DNA of 64,000 nucleotides from Pavona decussata (Eukaryota), in the NCBI GenBank assembly GCA_977016875.1, contig CDRNST010000062.1:3906001-3970000 (forward strand). Direction: 5' to 3'. The position numbers and the translations under genes are program-made. The notes under the pieces are model-generated. The model searched no databases, was not told the origin of the DNA, and worked only from the letters and a program-made list of their open reading frames with translations. Positions within the stretch are counted from its first letter, which is position 1. Each line of letters begins with the position of its first letter. Below are positions 38,701 to 49,516 of the stretch, in pieces.

Positions 38701-39749
38701 AGAAACGATTCAAAATGACAACTTTTGTTGGAGGGGTAGGTGGTCAAATCAGTGTCAGTTTAGAGGCTTTATCTTGACTATCGAGTATTAAAGCACGTCT
38801 AGCTCACTCACTCGGGGAACTCTTCAGTGGCTGTCATTACAAATAGAACATCGTAACACTTCCTTCCAGTTACTTTAGCGCCAGAAATTCACCTACCATA
38901 AGTTTCCAATGTTTTCTTAGATCTTCGTAGCTTGTAAACGGACTGTCTTCTGGAAGCTGATGGGTTATGCTAAAAATTCGTCCTTTCTTTAAGCTAGGAT
39001 AATGGGAAACATGAAAGAAAATGATTAACAGTGTTATTCCAAGCCTTGGACGAGAGTTAAACATAAGATCGCTCAGCATGCACAAGTCAGTTTCGAACTC
39101 TATTTTGTAGGCTAAACTTTAAAACTGAGCCTTTCTGCGTAAAACTATTGATATGGTCTTGCTTAATTTGAAGAACTGTAGGGAGCCGCAAAACTGGTTT
39201 CTTTGTGTCACAATTAATCTGAGCTCGAGTATACCATGACAGGTAGCTTACCTCGGCAGCACGAAACACAAGTCGTCCGCAATAGCTGCGTCACTAATCA
39301 CGGCTTCGCTGTTGGTGTTGAACTCTTCCAGTGCTCTTGTTGAAGCAGTGAAATGTTCTGGCTGAGAACAAATATGGCAACATCACTTTAAGAGATTACA
39401 GTGAGTACTATTGTTCCAAGATCGAGATGATTTTTTTTTCGTTAGAAGGGAGTCTTATAAATTAAACGTTAACTTCAGATTCATTTCGCTAAAACTTATT
39501 CAAGAGAGATGTGGTTTGAAATCCGTCTCTTGGCAGTGTCTGAATAGACAAACTTTCGAGTTCTCTGAAGCGTTGTCCCAAAATTACATTCAAATTGCCT
39601 CATATAATGAATGCCATGTATATCTTGTTTACATTTTTTTTATACCTTACACGGCGTTAACTTCAGAGAGTAAGCTTGTAATCCAATGCAGATTTTGTCG
39701 CTAATGGTTACTTCCAAAACTACATTCAAACAAACAAACAAACAAATAA

Positions 39750-39792
<43 letters not shown>

Positions 39793-42400
39793 AATACTGA
39801 TTATTACAAATGAATAAATTGCCGGGAATCGACCTAGCTGATGACCAATTGAGGCCAGGAGCCAGGAGCCGATGAAGCACCTGACTCATTCCTGCCGAGA
39901 CAAATCAGCTTTTAACCACAAAGACTAAAAAAAAAAGGTATTTCTTAGTTTCAAAACAGGATTTTTGGCATGATTAAACAGTTGATTTCAGTTTTGTTAT
40001 AAGTTCTTTAGAAGTTGACTGACACGTACAGATAAAATGGAGATGACGCGATCACAGAGGTACATATGCACACGTGCATGTTATAAGAAAAAATTCGCAG
40101 TAACAACTGAACGCAACACTCAGTTCATTTAAACACATCTACTCATATCAGCTGTGACTTGTACTTACTCACTGCATTTAGTTTAGATTTCTCCAGCATG
40201 AAGTCACGCCCTAAAAATATCAAGAACACTGGATAGTTTAGTCAGTTCATCATAAACTCCCCACTCTAGGAAAACAACAACAACAACAAAAGTTTCACAA
40301 AGCAGGAATTCAAGAAGGCTGGGGGTGCATTCATTACCGTACATTTCCGAATATGATCCCCCACTCCCCCAACGAATAAAAGACATTGCCATCCAAACAT
40401 ATAAGCTGCACCCCCCCCCCCCTCCCGCCCCGCCACCGCTAATCTCGGACGCTGAAATCCTATGGACTGTAAGTGTTAACTGTTTTAGTATGCTTGCTTG
40501 CAGTATGCATGAAGTTTTTTCTTAGCACGACTCTTCTTCTGTCAATTGAACCCGACTGCAACTGAAGTTGAAAATAAAGCTTTCAAAATACATACGAGAT
40601 TCTTACTCTCGAAAACTTTGTCTTCAACTTTCGAATCTTATTCAGCAGGTAGAAGAATAGTAAATTAATTGACTGTCGGTTTATAAAGCTTTAACTCCCC
40701 AAAATTTCCACTGATACCAACTCCTACCAGAGAATTAGCTACTAAAACCACAACGTAATATTCGGAATTTCACTGGTATTACTAGTAGTATGCAAGCGAA
40801 ACTAAGAGAAATAGATTTCGGTTTGCACTGAATAGCCATTTCAGCATGTTGAGGTATTCTTTAAGTTGTAATTGTCCTTTAATCATCATCATACATGTTC
40901 CAGTCAAAGTGCACATCAAGAGGAATTCAATTTCTCATACCTTGTACAAGGAAGTCACCAGCCTTGTTCCAAAGCGGTGCAAGTTTCTGTTTCATGGTGA
41001 AGGAAAAACAAAACTGAAACAGACTCTTCGTCAAATCTACTGGCTCTGTGTTCTGTTTATAGATAAACACATTTGTTTAATTTATACAAGAGNNNNNNNN
41101 NNNNNNNNNNNNNNNNNNNNNNNNNNNNNNNNNNNNNNNNNNNNNNNNNNNNNNNNNNNNNNNNNNNNNNNNNNNNNNNNNNNNNNNNNNNNNNNNNNNN
41201 NNNNNNNNNNNNNNNNNNNNNNNNNNNNNNNNNNNNNNNNNNNNNNNNNNNNNNNNNNNNNNNNNNNNNNNNNNNNNNNNNNNNNNNNNNNNNNNNNNNN
41301 NNNNNNNNNNNNNNNNNNNNNNNNNNNNNNNNNNNNNNNNNNNNNNNNNNNNNNNNNNNNNNNNNNNNNNNNNNNNNNNNNNNNNNNNNNNNNNNNNNNN
41401 NNNNNNNNNNNNNNNNNNNNNNNNNNNNNNNNNNNNCGTATATTGTCAATGCAAAATGTCCTGGCTTTAAAGGCCACTCAAAGGAATTTTTCGACCTATA
41501 AAGGAACTAGTATGCCTGCGCCCCTCACTGAAGAAATACACCATTCTCATTGCATAAATAAGTTACCTGTATGTTCAGTTTTTGCAGGAGCTCTTGAAAT
41601 TTAGAGGATTGAATGATTGCTTCCTATAAACGAATCCCAAAATACAACAGATTAAATATTTGATATACCTACTACAACAATGTTTACAAAAGTAAGTTGC
41701 AACAACTGATTAATTGGTAAAACTTCTTTTCTCCTTTTTTCGTTTAAACAAATTCAACTTCACAAGTCATATGAAAAGATAAATCATAAATGAACAAACA
41801 AATAAAATAATTACTGAATGTCACCGAATTTTCAGAGCTATTTACATGATGTTAAAGAATATTGTAAGGAATGTTAATGTTTTGAATTGAACAGATTTTC
41901 AACCGTAATGGTAAGCCTGTTAAAAAAAAGTCATATATATTCGATTCCTTCTTGCCTGTGTTACAAGAAATAGCTGATTCCTTTCTTCCAACAGTGGAGA
42001 TACAAGAACTTTGGGCTCCGTAAAGATCAGTTCTCTGTGAAGATAAAAAAAACTTAAGCTTGAATGAATTTATTCGACACGGCATTGGCGGGAAACGTTT
42101 GAACCGGGCTTTATAGACGTAAGTTTAATACGCCTAACAAAAAGAAACTATGAAATATCTTCTGAGCATTTTCGAACATACGTTTAAAGCTATTTAGCTG
42201 TTCAGATAACAGTATAATATGTCTAATATCCGTCACAAATGTAAAAAGAGTTAAAAAGACGCTTACCTGCAACACATTGGCTGAATAGAGCTTATTTTGT
42301 CGTTCATTTCTGTTTGTATGGTAGCCTTTATAGCTGTCAGTTCGTCCAGATTTGGCAGAGGAGCGAAAAACAGACCGAAGAAGCCATCATGGTTTCTCAT
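34994..42400 (-). CDS. C18orf63: C18orf63/DUF4708 family protein with C-terminal SAP-like motif; 12 exons
   Basis: Phase-consistent exons: 42400-42267, 42034-41956, 41623-41567, 41052-40941, 40210-40169, 39719-39646, 39361-39252, 38993-38897, 38554-38478, 37813-36568, 35950-35849, 35128-34994. The peptides LFFAPLPNLDEL, QFCFSFTMKQKLAPLWNKAGDFLVQGRDF, CFVLPSLKKGRI, SPFTSYEDLRKHWKLMYGYRLP, FTYPASCIRS and SFLRDLSCRMPSVCG are collinear with human C18orf63 as recalled ([64 protein letters not shown]). Confidence 0.88.
35675..35720 (+). repeat. (GAT)n/(AAT) microsatellite, probable retroposon tail
   Basis: About 12 GAT units grading into AAT, flanked by an L2-like 3' stem-loop on the minus strand. 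Confidence 0.85.
38020..38322 (-). mobile_element. Kolobok-like non-autonomous element copy
   Basis: Minus strand begins TTAAAGACGACG...TTTTGCTACTGCGCATGCGTTCTCCGCATCTCGG, homologous to the copy at 25039. Confidence 0.5.
39728..39794 (+). repeat. Compound (AAAC)n(AAAT)n microsatellite
   Basis: Read directly; abuts the acceptor of C18orf63-like exon 6. Confidence 0.95.
41093..41436. other. Assembly gap (within C18orf63-like intron 3)
   Basis: Run of N. The flanking exons join in frame, so probably no exon is missing. Confidence 0.99.
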
Positions 42401-42536
42401 TTTTCAATTTGTCCGACTCTTAAAATATTTAATTCGAAGCACCAAATGCAAGGCCTTGCTTAGAACGAAACCTTTTTGCGAAGTATTCAGAAAACAGCTT
42501 CTCTCCTTCCTTCGCTCTATCGGGGAACGTTTGCCG

Positions 42537-42558
42537 TTTGGCGGGAAATATTTCGCGC
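42537..42558. promoter_or_regulatory. Clustered E2F-type sites upstream of the C18orf63-like ATG
   Basis: TTTGGCGGGAAA-TA-TTTCGCGC, about 140 bp upstream of the start codon. Confidence 0.55.
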
Positions 42559-42587
42559 CTTTTTTCAGGGAGCGCGGTGGTCCGCGG

Positions 42588-42740
42588 TGGTCCCGAGGGA
42601 AACAGTTAGTTTTGTCATGGATCCTAGAAAGACCAGTCTTTCTAGGATCCATGGTTTTGTTTTCCAGAGAGTCCTGTTCGTCTCGGGAAACATCAGGACT
42701 CGAGGGAAAACAAAACTAACTATTTTACTGAGGGACCATA
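42588..42740. mobile_element. Palindromic MITE containing a 38-bp CAT..ATG insertion (42616-42653)
   Basis: Outer arms GGTCCC-GAGGGAAACAGTTAGTTTTGTTTTCC and GGAAAACAAAACTAACTA...GAGGGACC. The inner perfect 18-bp hairpin is flanked by a GTTTTGT duplication. Confidence 0.75.
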
Positions 42741-42857
42741 AAATAAGTGCTTTGTTATATATTTAGACTTTCCCTTCAACAATCACAGCAAAACAAACAA
42801 ACAAATAAACAAACAACTGAGAGGGCTACAACTGCGGAATTGTATCCCGGTCGGGAT

Positions 42858-43060
42858 TAGTCTCCTTCGCAGCCGCTCGGGCCGGCCGGAGTCACGCAAC
42901 GCTCCCCGTCCCCACGCAATGACAACTAAGCGAGACGCTCATTGGTCCAAGCAAACAAAAGCGCAAAACAAAGGGAAAGGAATGTATGTCGGCTTGAAGC
43001 AGCCGCGTGGGGACGGGGAGCGTTGCGTGACTCCGGCCCGAGCGCCTGCGAAGGAGACTA
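42858..43060. mobile_element. TAG..CTA MITE with 9-bp TSD (AcademH-like), nested in an older element (~42758-43160)
   Basis: About 60-bp TIRs TAGTCTCCTTCGCAG...CCCCACGC and GCGTGGGG...CTGCGAAGGAGACTA. GGTCGGGAT is duplicated at 42849-42857 and 43061-43069. Confidence 0.88.
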
Positions 43061-43573
43061 GGTCGGGATTTGGTCGGGATACATTTGTATTTGATCAGGG
43101 ACACGTGACCAAGAATCAACCAATCACACTGCTCGCTTTGTTGAGTGAAAGTCTAGGTATAGAGAAGATATCCATTCAGGGGTATCGGCTACATACTGTT
43201 GAAATCATCTTTCTCTCTGATTTACCACTGGCTTTAGGCTGACTATTTCAATGCACGTTATTTGTAATGCATTATTTGTATAAAATAATGAGGTACTCGA
43301 TGAGGGTGCGTGTTAGCTACTCCACAAGGTTCCAAACACAATTTTAGGTAAGCTTAAATTGGATTTGTTTCTTTAGACTTGGTGTTACGAATTTGTTTGG
43401 TATTCTGCGCTAATCAATTCGAACTTTCATCTCCCCCTCCCCCTCCCCCCCCATGCCAGGTGTTCATGTGCATTTGACCATTTTCCGTGGCTGGGAATAG
43501 AGCAGTTTGATGCAAAACGCCTTCCAGAGGGCGGGGTGGGTAAAATGGAATTTACACCTTTCTTCCTGTCTGG

Positions 43574-43643
43574 TAGGCTCGATTTCCAGCCGTTTTGGGA
43601 GTCCGGTATCGCGGGCTCCCAAAACGGCTGGAAATCGAGCATA
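43574..43643. mobile_element. 70-bp TAG-ended MITE with 9-bp TSD
   Basis: Arms TAGGCTCGATTTCCAGCCGTTTTGGGAG and CTCCCAAAACGGCTGGAAATCGAGCATA; flanks CCTGTCTGG and CCTGACTGG. Confidence 0.8.
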
Positions 43644-43747
43644 CCTGACTGGCGGAATACGAGTGGTTCCTGCCCCATAGTCGAGTTTAGGGAAAAAATT
43701 GTCGCTTTTGTGAGCGATTGGCTCACCAAAAATGGTCTCCAGAACCT

Positions 43748-44464
43748 TAGCCTGCGTAGCAAGCGTCACGCCGTACAAACGAATCTGACCGCGCGAAAAT
43801 TGGGGCGAGAGCGAAAAATCGGCGGATAGGGGTGGGAGTGGGGAGGTGAGGGAACGCTTGCCCGAGGCCGAAGGGCTCCCTCGCCTCCACACTCCCACCC
43901 CCGTCCGCCGACTTTTTGCTCTCGCCCCAATTTTCGCGCGGCCAGAATGCGGAAAAATTCCTTCGTACGGGAACGTCCCCGGGGAGGGGGGGGGGGGGTA
44001 CTCCCATAAGTGGGCTATATAGGTATGTGCCGCGGGATAGGGTATGTTTTTTGACGTTCTCAGTCCTTAAATAGGGTATCATTTTTTCCTCATTTATCAA
44101 CGCGTTCCTGGATTAGTCCTTAGATAGGGTACCTAAATTGTATCAGTTAAATTGAAGCTTGTAAGCGCCACGTTTTACGAAAAAGAAATGGGTTTTTAAA
44201 ACTGAAGTGTCCGCTGAAGTATAAGAAAAGCGATTTTCATAGAGATTTGTGTTTATCCGTGCACATTAGCCGTTGTTTGGGTCCCTTGAATAGAGTGTCA
44301 TTTTTCGGGTTCAGTCCTTAAAAAGGGTATCCGTTATCCCTTCCTTTATCCTTAAATAGGGTCAGGGTTCGAGAACCTTCGCGGCACACCCCTATCGAAA
44401 ATTTTCGGGAGCACCCCCCGCCCCCTTCGGGGGGGGGGGGGGGGAACGCTTGCTACGCAGGCTA
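43748..44464. mobile_element. TAG..CTA MITE with 9-bp TSD, interrupted by a poly-G element (~43977-44445)
   Basis: TIRs TAGCCTGCGTAGCAAGCGT and ACGCTTGCTACGCAGGCTA. CCAGAACCT is duplicated at 43739-43747 and 44465-44473. Confidence 0.88.
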
Positions 44465-45447
44465 CCAGAACCTTTCCAATGTTTTCGAAGGTATGTATAG
44501 AAAATCTAATTGAATGTGAATAAACCAGTTACCAAAAATTGGAACATTTGTTTTTGGGGAGGGGCATTTGATCGTCAAATTCGGCGCTAGGGTTGGGCAT
44601 TTGTATCGCTCTTTGGTCCAGCGGGACGAGAATTTGAACAAGCCAGTTTTCAAAAGTTCAAATACCAGCGGGGATGTTGAAGTTTCCAATTGGTCGGCGC
44701 ATTATGCCGCCAGAATTTCATGGCAATTTCCACGTTCAATGTACCTTTTGCCGTACACTGAATGCTGCTAATGCACCAAACGAAAGATATCAAGTGATTT
44801 TCTCAAAGAGAAAACATTTTACCATAATCAGTCTCTGGAAAATATTCCGAGATACAAGGGAATTTGACAAAAACTAAGTTGCCATCCACGTCCACCACAA
44901 GCCAAAGACCCTTACGTTATACATGTAGTTTCAGGGCACTGGTTACAGGTCCTTTGTACTAAGTCAGAAGACCCATCCCACACCCCTTAAACAACGAGAT
45001 GAAATACTGAAGATACAGGAGCACATCAAAATTGCCGAACAAGCCAAATTTAAAAGCAACATAGTTGTTTTCAAAGTGCAGTAGAAAATAGGTGACATGG
45101 CGTCTTAACTAAAGCCTCCCATATGACTGGGGATACCTCGCTCGTAAGCGGACATCAAATCGGCATGGTTCCAGCTACACACAGGACTACATTTCTCACC
45201 CTCTATAAAGGACACCTCTCCTCTTAGCGTTTAATATTGTCCCAAAAATGGATTTAACTGTAATAAAACACACCAAGTTATACATACAGCAAAAGTTTTT
45301 TATTCTTTGACATTTTTTTGCAACAGACACAAGGTCCGACTAACAATAACAAGCTTATTAAAGGGCGGCATAAAATAATATATTTAATATATTATCTATT
45401 CTGGAGTAGAAGTATTCCACACAAAAGGACCGAATCATACAATCAAT

Positions 45448-45600
45448 CTGGCCCCGGTGGTTCAAAGACAATGTATCTCTATCCAGTGGATAAATCTCTA
45501 TCCAGCCGGTACAATGTACTTCAACCAATACATTTTATCCACTGGATAGCGAGTTAACCACTGGATAAAGTTATATGCTCTTTGAATAACTGGGGGTCTG
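45448..45600. mobile_element. MITE with internal TATCCAGTGGATA palindromes
   Basis: Ends CTGGCCCCGGTGGTTCAA and TTGAATAACTGGGGTCTG; a related fragment lies at 32497-32630. Confidence 0.6.
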
Positions 45601-46052
45601 AAAGTTAGCTCCGGAACTGAACATGGCCTTACTGCAGACTCATTTGTCAGCGGGACGGTCACCGAGCGACCAAACCGATGACTGAGTAGTCTCCACTGAG
45701 TACAACATTGACATGCGCTATAGGGAGGAAACTTCATAACAAATCACGACCTCCTTGATCTCATTTTTTTTTTTCTGATTGACAAAGATCTGGCACAATA
45801 GATTTTGATAATCATGCAAATAAAGTATATTTTCTTCTGATAATTCTAAGAAAAACACAAATTTTGAGAAAATCACAACTAACAACATAATTAAACAACA
45901 GAAATGGAGAAAAGCTGAGAATGAGATTATTTCAAAGAAATTATTGCACTGAATAAATCGCGCGAATACTTCATTTTTTGACCAATGGCGTCCGGCGCTC
46001 AATGGGCAGTCACACAATTGGGTGACGGAGTGGAAATGAAAATGATCTCATA

Positions 46053-46198
46053 NNNNNNNNNNNNNNNNNNNNNNNNNNNNNNNNNNNNNNNNNNNNNNNN
46101 NNNNNNNNNNNNNNNNNNNNNNNNNNNNNNNNNNNNNNNNNNNNNNNNNNNNNNNNNNNNNNNNNNNNNNNNNNNNNNNNNNNNNNNNNNNNNNNNNN
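46053..46198. other. Assembly gap
   Basis: Run of N. Confidence 0.99.
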
Positions 46199-47599
46199 TG
46201 CAACATATTCTACATGTAACAGTTCATGGTGCTTTACAATACTTAAAAATAAGAAAAACAAAAAATCACAAATTAAATTTACAGGTCATTGATGCTACAG
46301 GAAAAATCTTACTTATAGTAGCAATTGACAAACTTTAAGGAAAATATATGCAAAACTCTATTTGATGTTAATTAGCAGTAAATGTGGTTTAAGATCAAGT
46401 AACAAGCGATCTCTTTCTCCTGGTAAAATATTATAAAATGTAACCCGTGGTTAATTAAATAATGATTATACTACATATTCTACTGTCCACAATAAAAAAA
46501 GGCATTCTTAACGACCCCATAAAATAACTACTAATTATGCCCTGCAACATAGATAACTATGGCTCCTTTGAAATTAAATATTAAAGAAAAAATAAGGCAA
46601 ATAACTGCCATTTCGAGGTCTAGCAGAGGGCTGGTTCAATTTATAGAGTGACACCACCATATGAAAGACTACATCAACATAAGTTATTTGACCAAGTTTG
46701 GTGCTGTTTAGTTGAGAATTCTTATAAAATTTCAGTTGTAAAACCCTGTCATTTAGCTACAATTTCAAGGAAACTGAATAAAAGGGGAAGTATCACGCAA
46801 ATTTGCTGTCATTTCAAAACTCAAAAATGTTTGTTTGTCTTAATCACCCCAGTGCAATAAAACTGTCAATTAGTGCCCATGGCCAGAGACAGAGTAGGTC
46901 GGTAGGGATTGAAACTTGAAAAATGTTAGACTAATGTTTTTCAAGTTCTCGCATTTTTGTTTCTAAAATGCGCTAGAACAGATTACAAGTTGTTCCTTTC
47001 AAGAATTGAGTTGATTTCTTTCCGCTCGTCATTCTAGAATTATTTCACAGCTGATTGAAGGTCATATTTCATCATTTTTAACAAAAGATACAAAAAACCC
47101 TGATACTTCCCCTTTAAATATCACTAAGTTTACCATTTTTTAGTATACCACAGAAATAACAAATATTTTGAGAGTTTATATGGTTTTGTTAATAAATTAT
47201 TGGTTAAAATATACAACTTGACCCAGTCCCTACTCAACCTCAAAATGGCAGCCAATAACTGAGTCTTGTGACATCCTCAGATTCCACTGAAAATATTAAA
47301 CCTTCAAACCCAAAATTATATCAGCAAGTACATTCTCCTCACCACCATCAGATCTTTCTTATGCTGCTAGTTGGAAGAATTTGTTTGGTGATCATTTTCT
47401 TTATTTTCCCAACCTGCATGTTTTAGTTAGTACTGTAGTGATATTGTAAGGAGAATTCATATGCAGAGCACTACTGGGACTCAAAAGATTAAACAACGGA
47501 GACCTCAGCACATTTAGCTTATATATACAAAAAAAAAAAAAAAACTTGCTGGACCAGAGACAAACCCTTGCTCACATTAAGTTTCTTTTGAATCTTTGG

Positions 47600-47915
47600 A
47601 CCAAACCCTAAGTGTGACCATTTAAACAAAGCTTCTGAGTAATACTTTCCTATTCCTGTGTAAGATATTTTACTGTGGTTCCTGGTTCCACCTTTTGAGT
47701 CTGTGGATTAAGCCCTTTCAACTGTGTCCATCCAGTAAAAGCCGTTGAACAGTGCTGTATAGTGGGGCAGTTTATTGTGCTTTACTACATGGCTTCAAAT
47801 TTTGAATCTGTGGATGAAATCTTTTGGTGTTACCATTCAAATGAAAAGCTACTGAGCAGTATTTTCCTGCAGTGCTGCTTGTTTTGCAACAGCTTGCAAG
47901 TTGAAATTTCATTTT
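47600..47915 (+). repeat. Tandem-unit repeat, same family as 22490-22730
   Basis: About three ~100-bp units with TTTGARTCTGTGGAT...ACCATTCAAATGAAA-GCTACTGAGCAGTA. Confidence 0.7.
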
Positions 47916-47926
47916 GAGCTAAATTT

Positions 47927-48131
47927 AGGTCACGTTTGACCATTTTCTGGAATAAGAATAGACAATATAAACCTCTAGAATCCTTGCTTTACATAACGTG
48001 GAAGACGTACCTGCACATGTTTCCTGACAAACAAGAAATTCATGGGTCACTTTGTGTTCTGGTAACAAGGGGTTTTTGTAATAATTTAAAAACTTTCTTA
48101 TTCCAGAATATGGCCAATCAAATACACCCTT
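47927..48131. mobile_element. Harbinger/Tourist-like MITE
   Basis: Imperfect TIRs GTTTGACCATTTTCTGGAATAAGAA and TTCTTATTCCAGAATATGGCCAATCAAA, with TTA flanks. Confidence 0.55.
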
Positions 48132-49516
48132 ACATTGAGCCATCTCGAGTGTAAAAAGGTTTATACCTCGACATCTTGAAACCTATATAATTATATGAAG
48201 CTTTAAAGTTTTAACTCGAAAAGATGAAGATAAATTTGGTATTTGGGTAGGGTATGGATCATATTAAAGTTAATGGCAAAACACAATTAATGTTAATAAA
48301 AACAATTCAAAATTAATACCCAAGATCAAAACTCTTCTTTGTAAATTTAAATAACTGCAAAATAATAGGAATCCCACTACTAATTTTCTAAGGCTACCTG
48401 GTTCGCCAGCGCTCCAAGCAACTATTTAACCCTAAAAAAAGCAGAATGTCCTTGCAACCAAAACATAGTATGTACACAAAAATTGCACCTTCAAAGCCTG
48501 AATCTTCAGGCTCCTTGGTCAGCAGTTGGTTGCCTGACAACCAACCACTGACAACAAGCCTTGAGGCTTTGGGTATAAGATTGTAAAGATAAAGTGTTAT
48601 AAAGAGCTCTTAGTTTGGCAAGGGATTGGCTCCTTATCAAGAGAAAAAAAAGTTTATAAAAAAATTAATGACATTCCTTTTGACCTTACTTGTCCAAAAA
48701 ATAATGCACTGACATTATTCTAATGTTGCACTCTGTTTCTTAAGTAGTCTTAAAACTAAATTACTATATGTTTGCTTTAAGCATTTAACTTCATACAATC
48801 TTTCCTAATTTTTCATAGAGTTTATATTGAATAGTGGATGTAATAATATCGTTAAACATTGGTATTTTAAGCCTACCTGCTTTCAAAAACAGCTACAATA
48901 CTTTGAATACTTTTACTTCAAACAGAGAAGTGCAATCATACTTTGAATCAGTTGTCATAGTACTTCATTATACAAAGCCTGTTACTACTGCCAGGCCACA
49001 AAATTTTGCAGTGCAATGTAGCACATAGATATGCGTTTAAAAAAAAACCCATTAAAACAAATGCAACTTTCTGCATCTGCACCTAAGTAGCCAAACAACG
49101 CATTGCCAGTATACTTTCATAACTCCCTCACAGGCTGTCATTCGAATTTCCAAGGGGGAGGGGGGATAACAAAAGCCAAAGCTTTTAAAGGAAAGTGAAA
49201 GCTACATTGGAATTTCTAAAGATTGGGGGGAGGGGTAGGGGTAGGGAAAAACATTCTGTGGGAGAGGCATGAATGCATCCTGGAACAACAAAATAAATTC
49301 AACACAACAAGTTGGATAGATACCCTTTGAAACTGCTGTCCTAAGTGAAACTAAATCAGATGAATCATTTAACTCCCTCACCAAACATACAAACAAACAA
49401 GCAAAACAAACACCCAGTTGAAAAAAAAAAAAGCTTTCTTTTACCACATATTTATAGAGCGGTTAAACTTTGTAACCCACAACTCCTCTCTCAAGTTTTC
49501 CTCTCTCTTCTTGTTT

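Noticed and set aside
40846-41604. Long ORFs spanning the N runs (also 45985-46338)
   Set aside because: Artefacts of the assembly gaps.
43427-44100. ORFs of 97-144 aa in the GC-rich block
   Set aside because: They lie within nested MITEs and have no transposase or other recognisable motifs.
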